Below are positions 44,719-57,096 of a stretch of 64,000 nt of DNA, piece after piece; the stretch's first letter is position 1; each line of letters opens with the position of its first letter. The notes under the pieces were generated by a model. That model made no database searches. It was not told where the DNA came from and saw nothing but the letters and a program-made list of their open reading frames with translations. Source of the DNA: Cyanophora paradoxa CCMP329 (taxonomy: Eukaryota; Plantae; Glaucophyta); assembly GCA_004431415.1 (NCBI GenBank), contig QPMI01000024.1, positions 23,772-87,771 on the forward strand. Direction: 5' to 3'. Position numbers and translations under genes: made by a program.

Positions 44719-47700
44719 TTAATCAAGCTCATCTCCACCAACCTGGCTGCGGTGCGTAGTCATCTCCTCCTCGTCCGACGACAAGCCGGACTCATCCCCA
44801 TCAGGAATATTTGATGCCACTGCTGCAGCTGATTTCCCTGTGGCAAGTGTGACCAGCAGGTCCAGTGGCTCTGAACGTGATGAAGATCCTTGCTGAAGTG
44901 TCACGTCCATTGCAGTCTCCTCCTGCATCATGATGTTGCAGCAGCGACACAAGGAGAGGAGAGTTAAAGAATGAACGAACCAGGAGACGGACATTAGCGT
45001 CCTTGAAGAAGCGACCGTAATCGGCAGTCGCTCTTTCAAACTCGGGATTCTGAACGCGATGGAGCGAAGAATCGGCTTCAAATCGGCGCGCGATCTCTGC
45101 CTCATCAGCCTCGTTCTGTCGATGCCGAGATTGCTGCTCGGCCTGCTCAGCCTGAAGCTTCTTCATGTCCTCATCATTCGAATTCTGACTGTCTTGGCTG
45201 GCTGCGTTCGACTTTGCTCTCATCTCTTCCTCCTCCAGCTGCCTCTTGTCCTTCCGCTCTTCCTTTTCGGCTTCAAAGGCGTCGCGGTACACCCATTGCT
45301 CAATGACCCAGTCACCAGGCACATGAATCTACGGAATCATGAGTCAAAGTGCTAGCCGTCCAGTATTTTCATATACTTCTTACCACGTCACTGCGACTCT
45401 TTGCCAGCAAATCGTGCAGCTTGTTGCTTGAGCCGAATCCGAGCTTATCAGCGACCAAAGTCGGTGGCGTCGGCGAAACTCCAAGCCAGTATGCCCTGAA
45501 CAAAAGACGTCAAACATGTCGCGGATTTTTGCATTATTGATGCGCAATCACATCATATCCTGATCCGCGACTGTGTCTTTCAGAGGAGTATACACTTCCG
45601 TAGGATGGATACTCTTGAAGATCGTATTCTTGCAAGCATGGCGCGTACCTGCATTGGAAAATCATAAACATAATGCTTGATTGCGAGAAAGACAACAATT
45701 GAATGGCGCACGACCCCCAAACATGAAATGGCCTGGCTTCGTGCGGAATCCGAGGAAAGCGGGAACAAGGAAGCCTTTCTCGGTCTTCTCCCAGTGCGTA
45801 ACGAGAACGCCGCCAGGGGTCCGTTCCTCGAGTTTGTACTCCAGCCGGAGTTCAGTACGAATAGCGTCTTCTGACCAGAAGGGGGCTCGGCCTCGTGCAC
45901 TTTTCCAGATCCAGATCCCGGAGATCCCGGCTGGCGGCGGGCGGCTGAAACGGGGAGTTTGACGAGGACCCGCTGATTCCGCTCCCCATTCGCCTCGTTG
46001 TGCACTTTCTGAGAGTCGAATTCCAACTCGTCTTTGAGCTTGAGAGCAGCTAGCACATCGCGACGGATTCGCTGGTCTTCCGTCTTGCTTCGCTTGGCTT
46101 TCGGAGCCTCCATCTGCGGCATATGCAAGTCAATAAGCGGCATATGCAAGTCAATAAGCAGACATATGCAGCCGGCAAGTTTCACCCACACCGCCAATGT
46201 CGAACTGGAATTCAGCGAATCGTGATCAGCCCCCCCCCCCCCCCCCCCCCCCGAAAGAGAAAATCCCGAAAGAGAACCCTCGAAAACCGCATGACAAAAT
46301 AAGAAGTGCAAAACGCTCGCAAAGCAAAAGCGCAAAGCGGCAATTGAGACGCAAGTGAATTCGCAAATGTGACTTGAGCGACTGCGTCCATCTCGAACAC
46401 CTAGCTGCACCGGTCAGGTTGCCGGGTTCCGGACCTGCCCGTGCACGTGTCGACTTCCTCTCTTTGCAGAGGCCCGGGCGTACGCCGTCCATCTCGAACA
46501 CCTAGCTGCACCGGTCAGGTTGCCGGGTTCCGGACCTGCCCGTGCACGTGTCGACTTCCTCTCTTTGCAGAGGCCCGGGCGTACGCCGTCCATCTCGAAC
46601 ACCTAGCTGCACCGGTCAGGTTGCCGGGTTCCGGACCTGCCTGTGCACGTGTCGACTTCCTCTCTTTGCAGAGGCCCGGGCGTACGCCGTCCATCTCGAA
46701 CACCTAGCTGCACCGGTCAGGTTGCCGGGTTCCGGACCTGCCCGTGCACGTGTCGACTTCCTCTTCTCTTTGCAGAGGCCCGGGCGTACGCCGTCCATCT
46801 CGAACACCTAGCTGCACCGGTCAGGTTGCCGGGTTCCGGACCTGCCTGTGCACGTGTCGACTTCCTCTCTTTGCAGAGGCCCGGGCGTACGCCGTCCATC
46901 TCGAACACCTAGCTGCACCGGTCAGGTTGCCGGGTTCCGGACCTGGCTCTGTCAAAATGGCTCTGATGGTGTTGTTATCTGCAAAAACGCAAGCGCGAGA
47001 GCAATGTGCAGGCACGCTTTTGCATGAACATCTAGATAGATGGAAAGAAGGGATGAAGAGCAAAGACAGCGTGTGAAGAGAAATTGACAGAGGGCACACG
47101 TTTTTCACAGAGGCTTCGTCACCATCATCGTCCTGATCCCTATTCATTGGTTCATTAATGACACGCAAATTATGAGCAGCATTTATGTAAATATGTCGAT
47201 TGACACGACCGAAGAAAAATTGCTCACTGATCTCTTCGAGCCCTCCTTCCTCCTCCCCTCCTTGTTTCCCCTTGCTGGCCGCGCCAGCATGCTTGTTCCC
47301 GGCACCAGCATGCTTGTTCCCGGCACCAGCTGCAGATGCCTTGATCCTCGGCTTTTTGGAGGCGACGGCACTATTTGCTTCGGACTCGAGCTCCTCCTGC
47401 ATCGGTGGATCGATTCGATTAATGGGATCGATACAATTAAGATATAACGGACGTGATGCATCAGAAGCAGGCCAGATGTTGGCTCGGATGCACTCGTGTT
47501 AGCAGTGCTCTTTTGAAGAAGATTTCCTGCCCAGAAAATCGCTCGTTTCGCTCCGTTCGCCACTTGCATGTTCGGCTGCACCGGGACCGCAGTCATCAAA
47601 GTAGCAACGAAAACCATCTTGGAAAGACTACGTGACTTACAACCTGCGCGGCGTCAATCAGTCCGGTTCCACGTGCTGCACACAATCCAAGAATTCTGAC

Positions 47701-50700
47701 TGACCATCTGCACCGCGATCTCTTTTGCGACGCCTTTCTTCATGTAGAAGTATGGAATCTGTTTCTGAACCCAAGTTGGACAAACAGATGTCACGACAAC
47801 CAGATCGTGGGCGCTCTGTACGGCATCGCAAAGGGCCTCGTCACGAGAACACGATTACTGGCGCTCATAAGGTAGTATTCAACGCATGCACCTCCTCCAA
47901 TTCAAACAGGTTGGCCCGTACAAGCTGCGGATTGACGAATGATAAATCCACACGGCCGACGTACAACCCTGTCCCGACTATCTCGGCTGTCGCATTCGGA
48001 GCCCCAACGTGCATCAAGTCCACCAGCTCGAACTTGTTGAAGCGCATCAGACTGTTAGGAATCGCTTCCGGTGCAGCAAGGAACGGATTCACTGCGAAAC
48101 GAAATCAGGTACGTCAAGATATCGAAAAATGAACAACAAGTACTGAAGTCTCCGGGGCTGATGATTTGCTTAGAGAACTTATCAACCTCTTTTGCCCGCT
48201 CGACTTCTCGTTTCTGCATGCGTTTCATCTTTTTCGGGCCATTATACAAGGTTGCGCCGTTCTGTCGCAAGAATGAGAAAACCGTGGACAGCACATTTAA
48301 GATAATGGCTGGCACACAGCCACAGTAGTCCTCCATTCCGTGGTGCGACTTTGAACAAGATATCTAACGTGACCCTTTAGCCATTCCGTCACAACCTTTT
48401 CCGTGAACGGCTCCTGACGTGGTATGTCGGTGAATGATGATGATGAGGAAAACAAAGATATGAACCGGTGCTGGATTTCCGTCTGGAACTCCTTCAGGAT
48501 AAACGCCGTTTGCTGTCATTGTGCAACAGGTGTACTTGAGGGCGAGAAGGATGCGTTGAATCAGCTCTGTAGCGGACCATCGGAATTTAAAAAAGATATC
48601 ATATTCCGAAAAAGCGATTCGCACTGCTGTACGATGTTTTCATCTCAAGCCAAATGGGTTGCCCAAGTGCGTCCCAAATGGCCTGAAGATATACCATAAA
48701 ATTGATACGAATAAAAGGAGACCGAGCATTGTGAATGAAGACTCGTGGATTCTTTTCGTCGCGCCTTCCGAGGAAAGAGAAACCTGAGCGTGGTTGGGCG
48801 TTTTGCAATGGAAACTGAATGGAAATCTGAACTGAATGGTGAATGCAAATCCGAACCATGCGTGATGGCCACGCAATCAACGCCCACAGGAAGCGCAGTG
48901 TCGTAGCTGTTTTCTCGGAGCTTCGCGAAGAGTGCAAGAAGAGCTTCACGCTGCCGACACGGATTTCATCAAAAAAAATGAATCCGGTCATAAGGACATG
49001 AAGAAAGCGAACAGCCATCGCGGATGACTGGTGTCTGCGGCTCTGATATTCAACGGTCCCAATCAGAAGCCGCACTGAAGCCTCCAGCGTTGCCTTGAAG
49101 TCTACAGGGACTTGTGGACGGCCGCCGAAGATCGTGTTCGAGACGTCTGATTGTTTTTTGTCATGCGCACGTATGTTGGTCATGTTTTGATCATGTGCGT
49201 GTGTAATTCGAAAAACGCACCAAAGACTCTCATGATATCGTCGACAAGAGTCTGTACTTGAAGAGGCCAAAGCTCCTCTGGATCGTTCGCAGGCTGCCTG
49301 AGAACCGATGCTGTTTGTGAGAGCGTAAGTTCTTCAACGTGCGATTGCAAACAGCAATCGAGTTCACCCCACGCATTGGCGTTACTGCGACCGCCCGAAA
49401 GGCGGTGCGCAGCGAGACCCGCGTATGAGTTCTCCTTCTCCGACCCCTCGCGGTCGGATCCATCGTTTTTGTTCTCATCGTTCTTCTGAAGGATTGCTGT
49501 CGTCGATCTGCCGACTGTATTCACGCTCTGATTCTTCAGAATCTGCGCTTCCCATCAGTTTGCGATAGCAATACACAACAGCAGGACCACATTTCGAGCA
49601 AGGGAAGCAGCGTTCGCCAAAAGCGTCATCGGCTTCCACAAAATCAGAGGCGTAACCGGTGAAGAAGAAATTGCAGACACAAAGAAAGACAGCACCTTCA
49701 GAGGACCTCCTTTATCAGCAGTCTGAGGGCAAAGCACCGACCAGATTTTCAGGACCGGGCAGCATCGATATTCGAATGGTGAAACAACGGGAAATCACCT
49801 TCAACGAAGGAACTGCCGCTGGAATATTTTCGCCAGAGACGGTTGCTGCCTGAAAGCAACAGCAACGGCAAAGGTTTCAGCACTCGGGCATCAGCATTCG
49901 AACGCTCGAATTGCTGAAGAACACCGTTTTGAAGCGGCCGCCAGAGGAGTTTCCGGCCTGAACATGTGAGGAGAGCTCTTAGCATCGGCTGTCAAGTCCA
50001 TAAAGCGCTGGGATGCATGCACACCGCTGGAACTGGAACGGGTTCTCCGCCTTTGCTTCGGTTTCCACAGTTCGGGACCTTTCCAATAGCTGCACATGTA
50101 GTGTAAGCTGTTATACTAGCGGGACGAGTAAGACTGCGTACATTCAACGCAAGTATTTCTGGCCAGAGTGCATCTCCTCGCCGCTTCTTGATTTTCTGCC
50201 AGAAGAGCATCAAAATTTGAAGGATCAATATCAACATCGTCTGCCAGCAAGTCACAGGAGCTGTACAGGGAATCAACCTTTCGCAACACAGCTTCGTATT
50301 TGCAAAATGAATGCGCACGTGATTGAGGCCAAGCGTAGATCGATGTCGCGAACCTCCTGAGCAGCAGCATGAAGCTCTCTTACGCTCTTCATCGCGTCTC
50401 CGAGAACAGGCGGAATGACAATTTTGCTCGATATCGGTAACACTTCGTTGGCTTCTTCGACTGCAGCTAGAAAAGCTCGTTCGACGTTAAAAAACCTGAT
50501 TGGAACCACGCCCGTTGGTCTAATTGCGACGATTGCATAGAAGGGAACCTAACGTGGGCGCACGTTGTCGTATCATAGTTCATGTGCACGGCCGGAGGTT
50601 CTGCACGTCCACAATCTCTGTGGAGCTAATGAAACGATTGCAACAGCGGCATATCCACAGCGTACGCGTACACATAGACCTTGTGGAGCTCATTGAACAA

Positions 50701-50878
50701 CGCAGTCCTCCACTTGAAGACATTTGCTTTTCGTGCTACGATTACTGCGCAGGCTTGGTACCGCGGAAAAGCGCACCATAGTACAAGCATGCGCACCATT
50801 TGCACCGCTAGCTTCCGCTGGGGTCGCCGGTAACGCATGCACGCCACTAGTGCTCACTGGCGGCCGCGGGCTGGCCAT
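44719..50878 (-). CDS. One or more intron-rich genes of unknown function inside the CACTA element
   Basis: Chain of protein-like minus-strand ORF pieces bounded by splice-like sites, from ATG 50878 (MASPRPP); no domain recognised. Confidence 0.5.
46385..46945. repeat. 101 bp tandem repeat, ~5.5 copies
   Basis: Near-identical head-to-tail units with no spacers. Confidence 0.97.
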
Positions 50879-51146
50879 TGGGGCAGTCAACTCTGCGAAC
50901 AGCGCTAAGTGACATTCTGTTGCTGTCTCATTGCTGCCTAGGAGCGCATCTCATCGCCTAGGTGCGCATCTCATCGCGTCGCTGTACCGGGCTTCGGAAA
51001 ACTCCGATCGCACTACAGCAAGACTAAGCACACTCAGAAGAGCTCAAGATGCTTACGGATGGTCGAGATGCTCCACGCCGATGTTTTCAAACTGCGCCGT
51101 GTACCCCCGGGGGGGAAGAACCTGGAGCAGCGGTGCGAACCACGCC

Positions 51147-54100
51147 ATGCAGCGGTCAGAGCGACTGCGGTGCGAATGTCAGAAGTGTCAAGGCAAGTTA
51201 GTGCGTCCTGAGGTTTTCAATGCACATCAACTGCTAGCGCACACCGGATTCAGTAGCAGCGATCGGCAAGTCGAGTGCCCTTGCTCGCGCTGCAATGGAA
51301 AGCGCGTCTCGTCTTGGGTGCAAAGGATACATTTGCACCTAGACAAATATGGATCCAGTCTAGTAGAGCAAGCTGCCCGGAGAGCTCCTGTAAGCGATTT
51401 CGTTCCTTTCGTAGCCGAAGTTCTTGACGTACCGATCCCGACAATTTCGGTTCGAGCGGCACTAAGAAGACGACGATTAGCAGCCCCGGCAGCACTTCAA
51501 GGCAACGAGCGACAAACAGATTCCAATTCGAAGCGCAAACGTGTCAACAATAAAGCCGCTCGTATGCTGCGAAGGCTGGGTAGATATACTGATCGTATTG
51601 GTCCTCAAGAAAACGGCAATGAACCTGGACATGAATCCAATATCGTCGATGGCATCGATGGCGATGATCATGCTCATGAGGCTTTCGACGACCCAGCCGC
51701 AGAGGAAGGCCAAGCGGACGACATACGTGCAGACCCAGCTAGGGCGGATCAAGTGGATTATGGCCTAGAGTCGGATCAGGACGCAGCGCTCGACGGCTCA
51801 GATGATGAATGCACTACCAACAGGCAGAATTTTTATTCTGAGCCTCTTTTTGAGGGCTGTAAAGTGTCGGTGCGTGCTGGAGCATTCAATACATTGCTTG
51901 ATATTGGCTGTATTGGCTTTTTAACTGTTCTCTAGCGCATGGATTACATCACTTTTTGCCTCGCATTGAAGAAACGCTTTACACAAGCACCTGTTGAGAT
52001 GTTTGCATCAATCAACGCGGCTGTGTCTCTCATCATTGAGGGCCAACAAACTGCAACGAGGCAGCTCGGGTCTTGGAAGAGAATGATTAGAGAAATCCAA
52101 GAATTCGTAGCGGTAAATAATCAACCACTTTCAATTTTCGTGTTCGAAACGTTAACATTTCCCTGCTCAGCCTTCCATCACTTTCAGGACATGTGGGTAT
52201 AAAGAGACAAAGCACAAGGTGGCGATTTGCAAGACAGTCTGGATCGAAGACGGAACTGTTCCTCCAAATACAGTCTGCGAGTGTGGCCATTCAACCTATG
52301 CCGATGGTGTGGTGGGCTTCTTTTTTGATCCGACCCGGAGTTTTCAGCAGCTACTGAACAGTCCTTCGTATTATCCCCGGTTCCAGTGCGTTGATTTCGA
52401 TTCTGTCGGTGCGGCCACGGCTGATCAAATTTACACAACGGCGTCCAGTTACGGCGTTCGAGCAATACAGATTGGGGGCGATCGTGTTCCAGATTACTAT
52501 TTGCGGTCGCAAGAATCCGAAACCCAACATCTCACTGGCGACTTTGTTCAATCAAGACTTTTCTCTTCTCTTCACGAGGAGGGCTGTGTGCGAATTTCGG
52601 ACGGTCTTGGAGTTGTGTGCGCATACTCTACAGATTCCGCAGTGACGCACAGCTGGTCATTTCCACACCTACAGCTTATTCTGAAAACTGGACTCTAATG
52701 TCGTGTTTCTAGGTCCCACGGCGGCTCTTTCACCCCTGTGTTTGTGATACCTATGTCTGCGCATCCTAATTGGCGGTGCGTGATCATTATCTCGCTTTCC
52801 GCTTTTTCGCCACTTGTCTCACCCCGTTTCGCTCAGAACAGCAATGCAACGCCTTGTTTTTCTCATGGATGGGAAGCGAGAAACTTCGATGGAATGTTCC
52901 GCGTATTCCTTACACCGTGGCTTGTTGCCAACCAGCCGCCGCCCCAGGAGTCCCCGCTCCCGAAAGCCAAGGGTTTGCATGCCTTATAATCTGTCTCTTT
53001 CTTTCAATCATTCAATACCGTTGAGCAGAGTGGGTTTTGCAATCCTCTCACCGGCAAAACTGACAAAGCATATTTCACAATGGCTCTCAATATCGATGAC
53101 CTCCCCGGATGCGCAACGGCATTTATGATAAGTTCGCGTAACGCATCCTTGCGCGGCTTTGTATTCCGGGACAGAAACCTAAACTTTCTGCAGCGTCGCA
53201 CAGTGGCGAGCACGGCCATCCGCTTCGGAAGGTGGATTTCTGGAAAGCGCAGAGCAAAACCGCCGGGAAAAACATGTTTCAAGCACACGATCTCCCGCTC
53301 AAACACTGGATGCGGGAGTTGTGCGTACTGACCAAGGATCATGATAGACCCCCATCTGCCCGAACGGACTACTGCATGGTGCATCGAGCCGACGGACTGA
53401 AACGTTCCCACTGCAGCTGTTCTGACACCCTTCGGTACAGCGAGCCGACGGACATGCTGTAGAGATCCAACGCCAAAGATGGTTTCGGAAAGAGATTACG
53501 CAAACAGCTTTTGTTCAATTTGTGAAAACGAAAACCTTCGGTAAACCTTTTAGAATGGATATAAGTGAACATCCTTCGAACGCGCCGTCCATTGAATTGT
53601 CTCTGACCAGGCGTTCAAGGCTTGCCGACTTTAGCGGAATGGCCACACTTTCGGCTCGGCCCCCTATGCGACTTCAGCGAGAGCGACTGGGAGTTCCTGC
53701 GGCATGGCGAGCTGAATTTCGACATGGGTGTTGACCGTTCAGGGGCGCGGCATACTGACGAATTCCACCTCGTCAAAAACCGTCTGGCGGATGTCTTCAA
53801 CTATCTTCGCGGCAACGCGAATAATGGTGATAAGCTCAGTCCTACCTCGATTCAGTGTGTCGTTGCATCTTCCAACTTCCATTCGTGGTTGATTTGCAAC
53901 GTACAACCACTAACTTAATTACTTTCGTCAATGCGAAGGTTAAGCATCAACATGGATGTTCTTGTCCTTTACAGGGCGCCAAGCGAAGCGGAAATACGCT
54001 GCGCAGAGCAAAAGATGGAAAAGGATCGGCGACTTTACGAAGCAGCTCTCCGAAATGGCAAGCCTCCTCCACGCCAGCCAGTCGACCTTGTCGCGGAACT

Positions 54101-56109
54101 CGAAGATAACGCGCCGTTTGCCTGGGAAGCCACTGAACGGCTGTACGATGCTATCGAGCGTGTTGCAAGGCGCGCACGATATCCGCACTTTTCAGGAACA
54201 ACGGTAAGAATTAAATTCGCCAGACCCAATTTAAGTGAAGTTCGCAATTACAAATCGAGAAGAGCGAACTTTGATGTTTATAATTAGGACTAGCAGGAGT
54301 AACCATGTGTGCAGATGGACGAACCGTCGTTTTTACGGACTGGACGAAACTTTCAAAAGTTCGCTATTGCAGACGTGGCAGGCGACATTCTTCGCATGTG
54401 TCTTGATGCGGATATGGATAAACAGAATTGCCTCTATCGGATCCTCGTAATCAATCAACTGGACGTCCTGCACGGCATTGGATCGAAGGTAACGTTGAGA
54501 AAGCAAAGGCTCCGACACGTCCGTGACGTTGTAACAGATTGTTTATCCGGACTTCTTGCTTGAACTTCTTACAAGGGGTGCCGAACGTCACTACGTACCC
54601 GTGCCGTTCTGGACAATGTATGCAGCTCTCGTTGTTGATGCGTGCGCGAACCATTGGCTGTAGCTTGCCTGCAATCGGCTTAAATGTGCGAAGAGTGGAC
54701 GGATGCATCGAGCTGGGGCCGGCGCCAGCAGTTTCTTCCCGTGGAACGGAGCGGGGCGGTCACAATGTGAAAGTTACTGCAGGAATCGGGCACAATCATC
54801 TCTGATAACGAGTGCGGCCCGACGAACGCAGGCAAGTTGTGAAAATATCTATTGCAATGCATATTGAATTTCGGTATTGGAGACGTTTGAACGGATTTTG
54901 TTTGCAGGAAATGGGAGCCCTTGCCGTCCTGCAGCATGCAACAAGCGAGTTCTTGAACAAAATTCCACACCTTCTTGACACGGAAAAAGCCGGTGCCATT
55001 CGGAAGGGCAAACGTGGCTACAGCTACGATATTCACACAGCTGGCGTCGAATACAGTAAGAAAACCAAACCAGAGCTGGGTTCATTCTTGAAGGAAGGTT
55101 CGAAATTCGAATTCGCAATTGCCGCCGCCAGCTGCAGATCTAGAGTCTAGATCTGCCCCACATTGATGACAAACTCGCATTAATTCTGCACAGTGATGAC
55201 AATCACGATGAAGAGTACGGTGGCTTAATCTCTTCGTTTTGCGAGCGGGAGGAGCTGTTCGGAAATCCCCCGTATCTGGCCGTTTTCTTCGACCTCTACG
55301 TTGACGAGCGAGAGCGATTCATAGAGACTAAAGGCACCTGGTTCGAACCATCCGGATATCGATCCGCCCCTTGTTTGTTTCTTCGTGATCATGATCAGCA
55401 TGCGCACCCAGGCCGAGCTGGGAATACACGATAGAACCTGTATTGCCGGAGGCTGGGCCCTGGCGTCCGATGGATCCGCACTTCTCCAGCATGCCTCGAG
55501 AATGGATTGGCGTCCCACCTCGAAAGGGAACTATGTATCCTTGCTTTTACGCCAACCACCACCTGTTCATTTCCAGCGAACTCTCAACCGACAAGCACGA
55601 CAGCTCATTCATGTCCTTTATCGCGATGGTTCCCCGACGGCAGCTCTGCGACGAGGGGGGCCATCCCTACCCTATCATTCCCCTCGGGCGAATGGTTACC
55701 TCAGCGCCGAGGAGATCCAAGCGCATCCTGACCGGCGAGAGCCGGTCCGGCGCTATGCTCGTGCCAGAGGCCTTTTCGAGTTCGCCCACGCAAAGGCACC
55801 CGGGGTGCGTTTCGCATCATTCGAGCTGCGGTCTACCCCTTCTCAGCTTGCTCGTTTATGCCCAACTTGAACTGCGACCGAATCGACATCACCAAAGAGG
55901 ACCCTCTCTGTCGTTGGGTGTGGCCTGACACCATCGAGCCTTGGCGCCTGATGCCTCTCCCCGACCACACATCGTCGCAATTCGAGCGTGTGCTCCCTAA
56001 CCCAACAATCGATCACCTTATCAGAGCTCAGCAGTGCTTCCCAGATAAGGGAGAGGTTAGGAACTTTCTTGGCGAGCGGCTGCCGTTCACGTCCCTGCGT
56101 AAAACGTAG
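51147..56109 (+). CDS. CACTA/EnSpm Tnp2-type transposase (multi-exon)
   Basis: N-terminal CECQKC and CPCSRC..HL..G zinc motifs, acidic linker, EPLFEGC, then YSTDS, FTPVFVIPMSAHPNWR, NIDDLPG, DEFHL..N, GAL..QH..SE, in the order of the Tnp2 conserved blocks. Confidence 0.8.
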
Positions 56110-56188
56110 CCTACAGCTGCATGCGCAAGACGTCATTTATGCAAATAATTAGCTTGTAACAAATTTATTATTTCTTGTGGCCTGCGGC

Positions 56189-56870
56189 ATGCAGCCGCAG
56201 AGCCTCGGAGCCCGGGCCTTTCGGATCCGGTCCTGGTGATAAAGCACACAATCATGATTCTTCTGATCATGAGCCCTTCGAGCTCGTGATCATGAAGCCT
56301 CAGGCCTCGGTACCAGGGCGACTCGGCGAGCTCGACGCATGCATATGGCCAGTCATGATCAAAAAGCTCGTGTCTCGTAGCAAGCAACCCTCCGGGCCCA
56401 GCCTAGAAGACACACGGCGCTGATGATGGGAGCTCGAGCCTCGAGAAAGCCTCAGGCCTCCTTTGAGGCCCAGGGACATGCGCTGGTCATAGACTCTAGA
56501 TCTGAGAGCCTCGGAGCTCGAGCTTGTGATCATGTGCATCGGATCATGACGCCGCTGAGCCTCACTGGGCTCAGGCCTCGCAGCTCCCTTTGAGGCTCCG
56601 GATCCCTGATCATGACTTAATGCAGCCGCAGAGCCTCGGAGGCCCGGGCCTTTCGGATCCGGTCCTGGTGATAAAGCACACAATCATGATTCTTCTGATC
56701 ATGAGCCATCGAGCTCGTGATCATGAAGCCTCAGGCCTCGGTACCAGGGCGACTCGGCGAGCTCGACGCATGGCCAGTCATGATCAAAAAGCTCGTGTCT
56801 CGTAGCAAGCAACCCTCCGGGCCCAGCCTAGAAGACACACGGCGCTGATGATGGAGCTCGAGCCTCGAGA
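56189..56870. repeat. ~255 bp direct repeat pair (56189-56446, 56620-56870)
   Basis: Near-identical copies lying between two convergent genes. Confidence 0.92.
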
Positions 56871-57096
56871 TCCGCATGATGGGCCGGAGCCACTAGGACG
56901 ATTAATATTTAATTATGCCTCTGTCCCCTCATGATCAGCGAGGACGGCTTATGCACATGATGATCATGACGTGCGTGCATGCGCGTGCACGTGTGAATGC
57001 CTGCAGGCGCAGTTGCTTCCTCATCAATTCAAATCTATTACTTCCTAATTCCTCAAAAAGCTACTCTCCTAATTCCTAATAAAGCTACATTCTCCC

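Noticed and set aside
46385-46945. CRISPR array
   Set aside because: No unique spacers, no cas genes, eukaryotic context.
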